From: Malacoraja senta
Taxonomy: Eukaryota
Length of the DNA stretch: 64,000 nt
Direction of reading: 5' to 3'
Assembly (NCBI GenBank): GCA_038087875.1
Contig: JAXLNO010000146.1
Span: 434,001 to 498,000 of the forward strand
Shown: piece by piece, positions 26,265 through 40,301 of the stretch
How positions within the stretch are numbered: position 1 is the stretch's first letter
Layout of the letters: the number at the start of each line of letters is the position of its first letter
Notes under the pieces: generated by a model
The model's database searches: none
Told to the model about the DNA's origin: nothing
Seen by the model: only the letters and a program-made list of their open reading frames with translations
Made by a program: the position numbers and the translations under genes

Positions 26265-28030
26265 CGTTCTAGCTAAAATGAAGATTACTCATAATGGTAC
26301 TGTACGCTCGTTCACAGACCCCGAAAAAGCTTTTAAATATGCAGAGGATACCGTAAAGAACACTTCTGCTGAAGCGGCTGAAGTTCTTGACACGGATGAA
26401 GATTGATCGGTTTAACTTTTAGGACTCATTAAGATGGCGGAATTTTCCAGACAGTTAGCAAGCTTATCTCTCTGGAAAGTGTTTGGGAGAGTACTGTCTA
26501 TATTTCACCTTGAATGAAAAGCTTAAAGATAAACAAAAGACGTTGAAGACACAGAATTAACGAGGGAATGTATAATGGACATGGAACGACATGGAATATA
26601 TAATCTGCTGATTTAAGAAGATTTTTAATTATTATACTCCAATTATAAATAATTAACGACTTTAACAAATTTAACACTACTAATTATTTGTGAATGGATG
26701 TAATAAATATAAATAAATCATGAATAAATCATGAGACGGGGAAGGAGATAATTGATTTAAGTCATTAAAACGTCTATAACACAATTAACATAACTTGTTT
26801 ATACTTTTTGGGTGGGTAGGAGTCGGTTGCAGCATATAACTGGAAGAGATTCTGTAGTGAGGTTTTGTTTAACCCCTTGGTACCTGTTTGTATGTGTAAG
26901 AATCCTGGGTGGATATATATGGTAAAGCAGACTAGATTAAGATTAGATAAATTGGAAGGGCATATATATTTATAAAATTGGTCTTAGGTTGTGTTTTATA
27001 TGTGTTTTTGTGTTTTCATTTTTTATATCTCCCTTTGATTTTTTCTTTTTTGTTAATTATTTTTCGGTTTCTATTGGGGCTAGTTTGGTAAATTTATATA
27101 AGCAAAGATAAAATATGTAAAGGTCTGTAGTTTTTTATGAGGATCTATTAAGGAGTTGGAGCTCAATGTATAACAACAGCAACGGAAGTCTATACATTTT
27201 TCGCCACCTTAGGTGGCCATTCGTCTTTAGGATATCTTTTCTTAGATATCGTAAGAGCACATTGTTTCACTATAAAGACTTTTATTCACACACTTTTTTT
27301 GTAATCAAGTTTATATCACATCTTTCTTTTCTTTTTCAAAGGCACTGCACAAGAAGGATATGCTATATAAATCTAAACATTTGGCATGACCACCCACCGC
27401 CCAGAACTCGGAGTTATTTGGTTGCACCATATGATTCAGGAATATTATTTTGATATATAATGCAAGACGATAGACAAAGAAAGAATGGAGGAATTACATT
27501 CTGTAGTTGGAATATAAGGGGTGCCAATGAACCAATTAAGAGGGGTAAACTTTTTGCTCAACTAAAATCTATGAATAGCGACATCATGTTTATACAGGAA
27601 ACTCACATGAAACAACAAACACAAATGAGATTAAAGGCGAAGTGGATAGGTCAAACATAGTATTCGTCATTTACTTCTAAATCTAGAGGTACGGCTATTC
27701 TTATCCGAAAAGGTATACCTTTTAAATTAAAGAATACTATATCAGATAAAGAGGGAAGGTATATTATAGTTTCGGAAGAAATTTATGCAACCCCGCTAAC
27801 TATGATAAATATTTACACTCCGAACTTTGACAACCCCAAATTTTTTGACAAAATAATAGATATAATATCAGAGTTTAATTATCAGAATGTGATAATAGGA
27901 GGGGACTTCAATTGTGTTTTAGATCCGTATCTAGACAAATCAGTAAAACAAAAGAGGAGTAATTTAAAATCTAAGACTAGTGAACTTTTAAATACATATA
28001 TAAAAAACACTAATATAGTAGGTGTATGGA
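26265..28030 (+). mobile_element. L1 fragment (ORF1 end, spacer, ORF2 start), same family as 2981-9222
   Basis: AKMKIT..RSFTDPEKAFKYAED and MQDDRQRKNGGITFCSWNIRGANEPIKRGK nearly match the full-length copy; stop codon at 27658. Confidence 0.9.
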
Positions 28031-28206
28031 CGCCATCTCTATGGCGCCACGGTACAGTCATCTCCAGAACATCTGGAGAAGAAGGCCTCCTATTGTTTGT
28101 CTACAGACCCACAATCAGTATCACAATCCCAACCAAACCCATCTCCATATTCCTGTAACTTGCAGACATCACGCCCTCTGCCACTGACTCCCTGACTCGC
28201 ACACAA

Positions 28207-31200
28207 AATAGTAAGATTAAACGAGAACTTACCAAGTTTGAAGTTTGATCTTTATTTTATGAGGAGTAACGTTGAGGGATTACGTGAAGAAGCCCCGTCC
28301 AGCCGCACACGCGTCAATCTTTCAAAGCAGCGGAGTGACAATCACAGACGATAATTACTGAAGTATGATAGTAAGATGCATAAAGACTTAGAACTACCAG
28401 CTTGATCTTTTTATGAGGGTGGGAGCGGAGGGCACGTAATCCCTCAACGTTACTCCTCATAAAATAAAGATCAAACTTCAAACTTGGTAAGTTCTCGTTT
28501 AATCTTACTATTTTACTTCGGAGTCACGTGAGTGACTACGTGAAGATTTCAAAGCTCTGTGATTTCACACTGTGGATTCAAATCCAGGTGTTCACTGCAT
28601 CGATTGACTCTATTTGAGTAAGCACAATCAACAATGCATAACCACAACATTTGAATGTAATCAGTTAATGGTTTTATTTATTTTAATAAAAATAACTAAA
28701 ATTAGGCCCATTTATAATGGGGGATTTAATACTGTATCCAGCACGGCATCACCAAACCCTATGAGATCTTTAATCTCCTTGTGGTAATACTTGTGAAACA
28801 TCTGTTCACTTGCCCATCCTGCGGCCGCGAGAATAAGGTCTATTGGCACGCTGAATCCCTGGCCGCTGATATTGATGCCGCCCTGGTGGAATGAGATTTA
28901 AATTTATCAGTATCAATACCTGAATATCTCAACACCTGTTTCAACCATCGTGAAATTGTTTGTGTTGATACTTTCTTATGAGGCTTTTTATGACTAATAA
29001 AAAATGCCAATTCGGCGCCTCTTAAAACTTTTGTTGTTTCTATGTAACATTTCACATATGTTACTACACACAGTCGTGAATCTGAAGGCAATGCTAAAAA
29101 TTCCAACTTGCATCCTGTGGACCCAGGTCTACTTTGCTTCAGTAAATCATAGACATAGAATGTCACGGCATTTTGCCCTACTTTCATTCTATCAATTCTG
29201 AGTTTCTGTAATGTTTGAACTCTCTGCGCTGAAACTAATGCCATGAGCATAACCAATTTCATGGTAATTTTGGATAATGACAGGGTTTCAACTGGATTCC
29301 AACTCCTTAGGAACATCAGTACATCTTTTACATTCCAAATTTCTGTATACCTGGGTCTGGGAGGATTAGAGTTGAAATTCCTTTCATAAACCTACAGACC
29401 CAAGGATGTTCTCCAATTGGAGTTTGTTCTGATTCACTGCTTAAATATGCAGAGAGTGCACTTCGTGCAGTATTAATTGCACTATAACTTAATTTCAATT
29501 CATAGTGTAGAGTTGAAAGAAACTCTATTACATCTGAAATTTCTACTGTGTTATATGCAATATTCTTTCCTGAACAAAACACCTCCCATTTCTTAATATA
29601 GGAAATGTACTGCTTCTGGGTACTATTCCTCCAGGCTGCTGTCATAACCTCCACCGTACGGTCTGATAATCCTTTTCCAAGATATGCCTTCTTAGAATCT
29701 GCAAATCAACAAACCAATACGATTATGTAAAGGATGTGATTCATTAGTCACAGGGTGTACAAGCAGTTTAATCTGCTTTGGAATAACCATAAGGGGGTTT
29801 TTGATCATTTTTAACACCAGTGGGTACCATACCTGTGTAGGCCAATCTGGTACTACCAAAATCCCTGAGGCTTGAATCTTGTTTAATTTTCTGTATGCAT
29901 TTGTGGATTAAACAAAATGGTGGAAAAACATACAGAAACATACCACCCCAATGTAGCGAGAAAGCATCCACCACTACTGCTCCAGGATCAGGCTCCCATG
30001 ACACATACTTAGTCAACTGGTGGTTCAATCTTGATGCAACCAGATCAATTTCTGGCATTCCAAATTGTGTGATAATTTGTGTGAATATTTTCCGATTTAA
30101 CATCCATTCTGTATTATCATTAAATTTACGTGATCTTTTGTCTGCAATTGTATTAATTTGTACCTGGTAAATATATTGCTGACAGCCAAATTTTTCTGGC
30201 AATACCCCAGGTCCAAATTTCATTTGCCAATTTATCACATGATTCTGATTTTATACCACACATGTGATTTATGTATGCTACAGCTGTAGTATTGTCAACC
30301 TGTACCTGAACATGCACATTTCCCATATCAGTGCAATAAGCTCTAAGGCCGTAAAATGCGCCTAATAGCTCTAGATAATTGATTCCCAGATTTTCCATCA
30401 AAGGTACTTCATTCACATTCCACCTACCTCCACAGCTGGAAATCATGTTAGTAGCGCCCCAACTCAGCACACTTACATCAGTCTGTAGAGTGACGGAAGG
30501 TGTTTCTTCCAGAACTTTTCTGGAAGCATTAGAAACATTGTTAATCCACCATTCTATTTCTGTAATGGATTGAATTGTTAACTTCATGGGCCTATCAAAA
30601 TGCCCTCTATTCATTTTTAATGCTTGTACCTTAGCTCTCTGTAAACATTGATAATGCAAACGTGACTGCTGGAAACCCTGCAATTAATTTGCCTAGCAAA
30701 CTTGCCACTTCTCTAATTGAAGGTGTGTCCTCGTTAATGGGTTTTATGCAACCTTCAATTAACTGCAGCTTTTTATCTTTTGGCAAAGTGATTACCATGT
30801 GTTCGGAGTTAATTGTGAACCCTAGGTAATCAATCTTTTTGCTTGGTAACAATTTAGATTTTTGTAGGTGAATAATGAAACCTAATTTCTCAAAATGTAT
30901 TTGACTCTGGATACTGACAATTTTGCAGCAGCCAAAGTGTCCCCTACAATGAGGATATCATCTAAATAAGCCATTAATACATGGCCCTCAGCTCTTAACA
31001 GAGCTAAAATTTGGTTTGAGCAATTTAGTGAATAATCTTGGTGCTGAAATCAGACCATTGGGCAATGCTTTAAATTGCCATAACTGACATCCATCTAAAT
31101 TTCAAATATCTTTGATCATTACCATGCATTTCCACAGAATAATATGCATTTTGCAGATCTATGCTTGCCTTATAGCAATTCTTTGTGACTAGCTAAATGG

Positions 31201-33237
31201 CATTAGTAAATGTCTCCATTTTGAAATGTTTCTATTGTACATAAAGGTTAAGATTTGTCAGATCGGAAATGATTCTATATCCACCATCCCTTTTCTAGGA
31301 GAATATTCCTAGGAGAATATTTGACACAAACTGATATCATCCTTTTCTGCATAAAGTTTTTCAATTCTCCTTTGATCAACCCATTCTCTTCCTTTGAGAA
31401 AATCCGTGACCAGTTTGAATTATGCTGAATTGGAGGATCCAAACGTGGAGAGAACTCAATTTTGAATCCTACAATGCTACATAGAATAAATGAATCATTT
31501 GTTATTGATTGCCATTCTTTTAGGAAGAATCGTAACCTTCCCCCTATTTGTGAGTGTGAAACATTTGTTGTGTTTCTTACCAGACCAAGCCCCCTAACCT
31601 CGGGGTTTGCCACCGGCAGTTGTTGTCCCCTTCTAGTAGGCACATTGTAACCTCCACGTATCCTCGATGCAGCACGTCAACATGTATACGAGAATGATAG
31701 GATTGTTCCTTCTCCAGCACCACATTTCGCCTGTAGGGATACTGCCTTCTCACCGCTCTGCTCAGCATAGGTGATCCTTTAGTTTCTTTGCTAGATTTTC
31801 TCCAAAACAGATTTAGGCATTTGTATATTGCATGGTTTGCAGAGCCTGCATACTTAGGATGAATATTTGGTCTTATTGCATTACAATTTATTTCAAAGTG
31901 CACACTACACATGAGTGCTACATTTTGTTTTGAATACGATATATAACCTTCATCCAAACCACTGACCTCAGAAATTTCAGCACTTGTGTAATTTCAATTC
32001 TTGTGAGCGTAAACCACTGCTCAAATTGCCCATATCAAGTTTATTCACTGCTGTAACTGCTACAATTTCCCGGGTCTCATATTTTTTGATAGTCTCATCC
32101 ATGGTTAATTCCTGGGCTGATGGGAGAGTAGATAATTTATAGTCATAGCTATTTCCTCTCTCAAAGGTTCCCCTGTTACTCTGGGAACAGCAAAGTTTTG
32201 TGCCAGCCTTGGAACATTTTTGGCTCTGATAATGGGCTCTGGTCCTCATTTTAAATCATCATCTAAATCTAGATATTCATTTTTATGTTGGGTAATTTCT
32301 GGCTCCCCTGTTTCAGGTAAGTCTCTGCCAGATTCCCCCTGCGCGGGCTCTCTTGTAGGCCCACGGACAGGCAGCCCTGCTTCAGGTGCTGCTGGCGCTG
32401 GCTCAATTCTAGGCCAACGCTTCATTATTTTTACTCTTTATATTTGTCGGTGCTGGCACATTTATCATTGCACATTTGTGCTGCCTTTTGTTCAGGCATT
32501 TCTAGTACTGGCTCTCCAATAGGCCAACACATAACTTGCCTTTTTTCTGGCATTTTTTGGGCACTGGCTCTCCTGTAGGCCAACCTCTTTAATGTTTCTG
32601 CACAGGTACTGATGGCTCTCCTGTAGGCCACCCTTGTGCCTGTTCCAAGGCACCTCCTGTGCTATACTTCATTGGCCAACACCGACTTAAATCCTCCTGT
32701 GGGGGTTCTTTACAAATCATCTGCCCCATAAGGAGTTAAAACGTTTTTGACCCTTGCAGTGTAATACTCTTTCCTGCCTGAGGAGGGCATACCTCCGGGT
32801 CTGACTCATCCGAGTCTACAGGTCGGGCCGATTTTTTTTTCCTCAGCCTTGCGCCCCGCACGCGGCGATTTAACGCACATTCGACCACAACGGGAGCTAA
32901 TGGCTTCGGTGCCACTGACTCCCCTGAATGACGCCCGCTACCCTTAGGATCTGGGGTTTTACTACGGTGCGTCCCTGGCCTCTCCTTCCCATTTCTCTAT
33001 AATAAACTTGTGTGGAGCTGCACCAACAAGTCTAAACGGGAAGGAAACGCTCCTGTAAGTGAAAAGTAACTCCACTTACCTTCCGACTTTTGTTTTACTT
33101 TTGTTTTACTCACCGGCTGGAAGAGCTCCTGCTCCTCCACACACGGTCATGAACGCTATGCGTCTGATCGATAATGACGCGTGTGCGGCTGGACGGGGCT
33201 TCTTGACGTAGTCACTCACGTGACTCCGAAGTAAAAT
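28207..33237 (-). mobile_element. DIRS1-like tyrosine-recombinase retrotransposon, copy 1 (gag, RT/RNase H, MT, YR; decayed)
   Basis: ITR core TACGTGAAGAAGCCCCGTCCAGCCGCACACGCGTCA at 28281 and inverted at ~33175-33211; ICR 28432-28545; YLDD region, DNTTAVAYIN, DL.ASRLN..FPPF, HSTRAA. Confidence 0.93.
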
Positions 33238-35588
33238 CAGAAAGGGTACGCGACAAATCATCGTCCGCGATCATTTTCAACATCGGCGCACAGAAAAGCC
33301 GCGTCGTCCGCATCTTGCTCTCTCCCTGTACACTTACTGCTGTGTGACCAATTCTTGCTCAAACTACATTTACAGGTTTGTAGATAAATACACCGTGGTC
33401 AGCCGGATTTTACAAGGAGATTGAGATCTTCGTAGCATGATGTGAATGCAACAGCCTCTTCCCTCGTGTCTGAAAGACGAAAGAGCTAGGAATTAGACTT
33501 AAGAAGAGGTGGAGTGCATGAATCAATCTGCATCATAGTGCTGAGTTAGAAACTAGGTAGACAGGCAGATGTGTGAGAAGAGAGCACGGGAATAAGAATT
33601 ACATGAAATTGCAAAAGTCATCATTCGGTCCACTATCTCACAAGGTATCACTTGAAAAACCATAATTCAATCCGATGCAAAAATACTAAAACAATGACGA
33701 TTTGTTAACGATGGTACAAAATTAACGATTCACATGTGTGCGAGTGCATTGGATCGCAGTAATTATAAACGGAACATTCCAGTATTTATAAATTGTAATT
33801 ATAAATTCAACTGAACATTCAAGGGTAGACGTCTTATCGAAGACAGACCGGTGCACAGAGCGGGTGTGGTAGCTCTGTTGGTGAGAAATGTAATTCAGTT
33901 CCTTGCGAGGGGTGACATCGATTCAGGAGATGTATGTCAGTATGGATAGATCTGAGGAATTGTAAGGGTAAAACGACCCTAATGGGAGTTATCAACAGGC
34001 CGCCAAACAGTAGCCTGGATATAGGGTGCAAGTTGAATCAAGAGTTAAAATTGGCATGTCATAAAGATAATGCTACGGTTGTTATTTGAAATTTCAACAT
34101 GCAGGTAGACTGGGAAAATCAGGTTGGTACTGGACCCCAAGAAAGGGAGTGCCTCCATAATGATTTATTAGAGCAGCTTGTATTGGAGCCTACCAGGGAG
34201 GAGGCAATCTTCGATTTAGTGTTGTGTAATGAAGCGGGTTTGATAAGGGAACTCGAGGTAATGGAGACATTACGAGGAAGTGAGCAAAATATGATAAGTT
34301 TTGATCTACAATTTGAGAGGGAGAAGGGTAAATCGGAGGTGTCAGTATTATAGTTGAACAAATGGGCTATGGTGCCATGAGGGAGGAGCTGGCCAAAGTT
34401 GACTGGAAAGATACCCTAGTAGGGATGGGAGTGGACCAAAAATGACAGGTATTTCTGGGAATAATACAGAAGGTGTACAGAAGGTTCATTCCAAAGAGGA
34501 AGACAGATTCTAAGGGGAGTAAAGCGCGGCCGTGGCTGACAAGTGAAGTCAGGGACAGTATAAAAATAAAAGAGAAAAATTATAACATAGCATAGGTGAG
34601 CGGGAAGCCAGAGAATTGGGTATTTTAAAGAGCAACAGAATATAACTAAAAAGGCAATACGGGAAGAAAATATGAGGTACGCGGATAAGCTAGCTACGAA
34701 TATAAAGGAGGATAGTAAAAACTTCCTTAAGTATGTGAAGAGGAAAAAAATAGTTAAGACCAAATTTGGAGAATTGAAGACTGAAAACGGTGAATTTATT
34801 ATGGGGAACAAGGAAATGGCAGACGAGGTAAACAGGTACTATGGAACCGTCTTCACTAAGGAGGACACAAACAATCTCCCTGGTGTACTAGTGGCCATAG
34901 GATCTAGGATGATGGAGGATCTGATGAAATGCACATTAGGCAGGACATGGTATTGGGTAGATAGATGAGACTGAAGACTGATAAATCCCCAGGGCGTGAT
35001 GGTCTGCATCCCAGGGTACTCAAGCAGGTGGCGCTGGAAATCGTGCATACATTGCTAATAATTTTCCAGTGTTCTATAGATTCAGGATCAGTTCATGTGG
35101 ATTAGAGGGTAGCTAATGTTATCCCACTTTTTTTTTAAAAAGCGGGAAAAAGAAAGGAAATTATAGACCAGTTAGCCTGACATCGGTGGTGCGGAAGATA
35201 CTGGAGTCAATTGCAAAAGATCAAATAGCGGCACCCTTGGATAGCAGTAGCAGGATCGGTCAGAGTCAGCATGGATTTATGAAGGGGAATTCATACTTGA
35301 CTAATCTTATGGTATTTTTTGTGGATGTAACTTGGAAAATGGACAAGAGAAAGCCAGTGGATTTAGTGTACTTGGACTTTCAGAAAGCATATGATAAGGT
35401 CCCTCATCGGAGATTAGTGGACAAAATGAGGGCACATGGTATTGGGGTAAAGAACTGACATGGATAGAAAATTGGTTGGCAGACAGGAAACAAAGAGTAG
35501 GGATTAACGAGTCCCTTTGAGAATGACAGGCAGTGAATAGTGGGGTACCGCAAGGGTCTGTGCTGGGACCGCAGCTATTGACAATAAA

Positions 35589-38175
35589 CTAGACTAAGTG
35601 GGATCCTTTGGGTCCCAGGTACACACGGGGGGCTGGTCCCCAAACGCAATATTCCACCTCTCCACCAATTCCAATATTGGTGGCCATTCGGGGAGGAGGG
35701 TTTTCTGGAGCGCTAGCATGAGTGTTGTGGGCCGAAGGGACTGGTTTCCAGAGGGCCAGTATGGACATTGTGGGCCGAATGGATTCCTGGGCTTGCAGTT
35801 CAGTCACTCAGTCACTCAGGTCTGGCAGTTCAGTCACTCGGGCTTGGCAGTTCAGTCACTCAGGCCTGGCGGGCTGGCAGCTCATTCACACAGAGCTGGT
35901 GGGCTGGCAGCTCAGGGCTGGTGGGCTGGCAGCTCAGAAACTGCCAGAAATTCTGCTCAAAACAGGTGAGAGACTCTGTGAGAGAGAAGAGGGAGAGGGT
36001 GGAGAATCAACTTTAGACATTTTTCATCAGGTCACAGCAATGAAGGAGAAAAGTCTGACCTGGAGTGGATCTCACTGTGAGCCAATGATGGGAGGGAGAA
36101 ACATACTGGGGTGAGGTTTAATACTTACAGCGGGAATACTTACTGATGGGCCGAAGGAACTCCTTCTGGGCTAGTACAGGCATGATGTGCCGAATGTACT
36201 CTTTAAATAAATCAGTGAAATCTCAGTTAAAGGCACTTTTTCTTGAATTTTCCCGGCCTGGCACATGCCATTTGGGCCAAAATACTCCTCCTGGGCTAAT
36301 ACGGTCATTTTCGGCAAAATGGACTAGTTTCTGGGCTAATAGGGGCCTTGTGGACCGAAATGAGTGGTTTTAGGTGGGCCAAAGGTGGGCAGTCATGTGA
36401 GTCACTCACTCACGGCTGGTGGGCTGGCAGTTGACTCACGGCTGGCGGGCTCACACACAGACCCTCCATCACACACACATACCCTCCACCTCACACACAC
36501 AATCCATCACACACACACAGACACCCTCCATCACACACTCACACATTCATACATACACACACAGCCACACTCACACACACACAATATCCATCACACACCC
36601 ACAGGCACACTCAGCCACCCTCCATCTCACACACACTGACTCACACACACTCACTCAAACAGACACAACATATATACGACAGTAAAATCTCATGAATCTA
36701 CTCACGCGGCTGAGCGCGGCCTCTCCATCGAGCGGGACTTCCGGAGTGAGCGGGACATTTGGATCAACCGGAGTGCAGGGCCAACAAGTCAAGTCAAGTC
36801 AAATCAAGTAAAGTCAAGTCAAGTCAAGCACAGTGAGTGCAGTGCCAACAATCCATTTCAAGTCAAGTCAAGTCAATCCATTTCAAGTCAAGTCAAGTCA
36901 ATTCATTTCAAGTCAAGTCAATCCAAATCAATCCAAGTCACTCCAAGTCACTCCAAGTCAATCCAAGGCAATCCAAGGCAAGCCAAGTCAAGTCAAGTAA
37001 AGCCAAGCACAGCGCAAGCGGGGCCAACAATACAATCCATTTGCCAACAAAGTCAATCCATTTCAAGTCAAGACAATCCATTTCAAGTCAAGTCAAGTCA
37101 ACTCAATCCATTTCAGGTCAAGTCAAGTCAAGTCGTCCAGCCATTTCAAATCAAGTCAAATCAATCCATTTCAAGTCAATCCATGACAATCCACGTCAAT
37201 CAAAGTCAATCCAAGTCACTCCAAGTCACTCCAAATCTCTCCTAGTCACTCCACGTCACTCCAAGTCAATCCAAGTCAAGTCAATCCAAGTCAATCCTAG
37301 TCAATCCAAGTCAAGTCAAATAAAGTCAAGTTAAGTCAATCCAAGTCAATCCAAGTCAATCCAATTCAATCCAACTCAATCCAAGTCAATCCAAGTCAAT
37401 CCAAGTCATCCAAGGCAATTCAAGCCAAGCCAAGTCAAGTCAAGTAAGGCCAAGCCAAACACAGGGCAGGCGGGGACAACAATACAATCCATTTGCTTTC
37501 ATTTCAGGTCAAGCAAAGCAAAGGCAAAGCAAAAGCAAAAGCACAGGGAAGGCAGGGACAGCCAACAATACAATCCATTTGCTTTCATTTCAGGTCAAGC
37601 AAAGCAAAAGCAAAAGCACAGGGCAGGTCAAACAAGTCATTGCATTTTCATTTCATTTCCATTTCCATTTCCATTGAAGTTTCAAGCACAGGGCTGGCAA
37701 AATTACTCATTGCATTTTCATTTAATTTCCATTTCCATTGCAGTTTCAAGCACAGGGCAGGCCAAACAACTCATTGCATTTTCACTTTGGGCTAACAAAT
37801 TATTTATTGCCAATACATTGCTGACTCTCAGTTCAGTTGAATCACAGCTTAGAATCACAGTTGGGGACTCTCCCTCACAATTTTCCAGAGTGAGTGACTC
37901 ACGTCCGGCATCCGGGGCTAAATACTCCCGCCCCCCCGAAAGGGGCGTTGCCTTCACCATGGTGAGAGGACCAATCAGCTAATCTCACGATTTTTTAAAC
38001 ATTCATTTTTTTTAATTTTCCACCGATCGGAAAAATCTTTGGGGCTGCTGCAGCGGAGGAGGACTGTGAGTAAGATGGCAAAAATCATAGCGATATAGGG
38101 TACCGTTTTTTCTAAAAATCAATTAACTACTTAGAGAGGAAATGGTCAAGATGAGACTTTTAGTATAATGACAGA
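35589..38175 (-). mobile_element. Complete non-autonomous Helitron D (~2.6 kb)
   Basis: Minus strand: A|TCTGTCATTATACTAAAAGTCTCATCTTGACC ... GGGACCCAAAGGATCCC-ACTTAGTCTAG|T; no TSD; the CR1 is continuous across it. Confidence 0.87.
36785..37460. repeat. Degenerate pentamer/decamer array (AAGTC/AATCC) inside Helitron D
   Basis: Runs of CAAGT and CAATCCAAGT. Confidence 0.9.
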
Positions 38176-39596
38176 TATTATTAATTCAGATGAATGGATT
38201 ACAGGTAACATTAGCAAATTTGCACATGACACAAAGCTGGGTGGCAGTGTGAACTGTGAGGAGGATGCTATGAGAATGCAGGGTGACTTGGACAGGTTGG
38301 TTGAGTGGGCAGATGGCATGGCAGATGCAGTTTAATTTGGATAAATAAATTATCCTTCTTTGGTAGCAAAATAGGAAGGCAGATTATTCTCTAAATGGTG
38401 TCAAATTGTGAAAACTGGAAGTACAACGGGATCCGGGGGTCCTTGTTCATCAGTCAATGAAAGTAAGCATGCAGGTGCTGCAGGCAGTGAAGAATGCGAA
38501 TGGCATGTTGGCCTTCATACAAGAGGAGTCGAGTATAGGAGAAGATAGGTCCTTCTGCAGTTGTACAGGCCCCTAGTGAGATCACACCTGAGTATTGTGT
38601 GAAGTTTTGATCTCCAAATTTGAGGAACGACATTCTTGCTATTGAGGGAGTGTAGCGTAGGTTCACAGGATTAATTCCCGGGGTGGTGGGACTGCCATAT
38701 GCTAAGAGAATGGAACGGCTGGGCTTGTATATTCTGGAATTTAGAAGGGTGAGAGGGGATCTTATTGAAACATATAAGATTATTAAGGGTTTGGACACGC
38801 TAGAGGCAGGAAACATATTCCCGATGTTGGGGGACTCCAGAACCAGGGGGCACTGTTTAAGAATAAGGGGTAAGCAGTTTAGAACGGAGATAAGGAAACA
38901 ATTATTTCACACAGAGAGTTGTGAGTCTGTGGAAGACGGTTTTCTGGATACTTTCAACAGAGAGCTAGATAGGGTTCTTAAAGATAGCGGAGTTAGGGGA
39001 TATGGGGAGAAGGCAGGAACGGGGTACTGATTGTGTATGATCAGCCATGATCACATTAAATGGCGTTGCTGGCTCGAAGGGTCGAATGGCCTACTCATGC
39101 ACCTATTGTCTATTGCCTAAACAGCCACTTTTTTGTTATGTGTTGTGCAATATTTCTGTCACATCTTCAAACTCATTCATAGTCTCGGTATTTTAATTGT
39201 TCGCATAATCATAGATATCTCCTCAGATTTTAATTGCACATGATACTTGTAAAACATAAGAGAGGGTGCATATTGCAATTTATTGGTGCAGCTAATGGAG
39301 AAAATTCAAAAGAAACCGCATTAAAGCGTTTACAAAAATATTTAAGCTGATAACCGATGTTTGATGTATTGACGATTTCAACAGCAGAAACATGTCTCTA
39401 CAGACTACCATTTTAACAGTGATGAAGGGCATGAAACAAACAACCTAATTAACGTGACCGTGATTGAATAATACCAATCTCATAGCGTGTTGATTCCACC
39501 CTTGAGGTTTCTGTAAAGTATAAGTGCGAGCTAACTTTGAAATCGGGAGATCCGTGAGCCTATTGAACTGACTAGGAAGGCATCTTCCAACTAAAT

Positions 39597-39666
39597 ATGA
39601 ACAAGCCTGCACTCCTGAAGACCGAGAGTATTTACTATCCTATTCTTGCAATCATTGGAGTCCCAG
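39597..39666 (+). CDS. GPR139/GPR142-like GPCR, coding exon 1
   Basis: MNKPALLKTESIYYPILAIIGVP-G followed by donor GTAGGT; phase 1 matches exon 2 and completes TM1 (..GVPAN..). Absent from the ORF track. Confidence 0.88.
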
Positions 39667-40301
39667 GTAGGTGAGCCAGAGAATGGTTTTACAGATTACG
39701 TTGATGTGCTTGACAGACGATATTGAACATCATGGCAAACATATCTGAAAACATTACAGATTTCTATGAAATTATTATTGCAAACAAAGTGCTGTCAAAA
39801 ACAAAGTATCGTGCTGATCTCACTTGTGTACTGGATCTAAAAATCATGTGGAAAAATGATTGAATTTCTCTGACGATAAAATTATATATAAACGTTTTAT
39901 AAGTAATATAATATTCTATATATTTTATATTAGTCAAGTCCACTGGATACAACAGCCCTCCTTCTCCACCTCATACACAGTCCACCTGAACAATGACCGA
40001 TTCAACGCTTCCAAAGAGGGGTCTGCATATAAACGCGATGCTGTCGCCGAGGGAGGAAGGACGGAGCCGCGGCTCGAGAGGCTAACAGAGCTAAGAGGTA
40101 GGCCACGCACTGCAAGGGAGCAGTGGACCAGACAGAAAGAGCGGACGGAATTACCACTAGACAGCCAAACCAGTAGGTAAATTACGGCTGGGGTAAGTAC
40201 TTTCCCATTTATAGGAGGTAGGATTATATAAATAAGGGGTGTTTTAATACAGTAATCTGGGTAGGGGATTCTTAATAGGACCAGTTAATTACTTATATAA
40301 A

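Larger units (their letters stand above)
33810..39118 (+). mobile_element. CR1 ORF2 + 3' end, degenerate, split by Helitron D
   Basis: Continuous CR1 homology at 33810-35588 and 38176-39118 (GSVLGPQL | ..SKFAHDTKLGG); tail CTATTGTCTATTG. Confidence 0.9.

Noticed and set aside
29700..30150. Bacterial or phage Dam methylase suggesting contamination or gene transfer
   Set aside because: It is the methyltransferase-like domain normally found after RNase H in DIRS1 elements, and it is present in both copies
36837..37795. Ser/Gln/Lys-rich ORFs
   Set aside because: Products of the pentamer array within Helitron D
37830..38175. Helitron D promoter module as the promoter of the GPCR gene
   Set aside because: It points away from exon 1 (minus strand) and its TATA is degenerate
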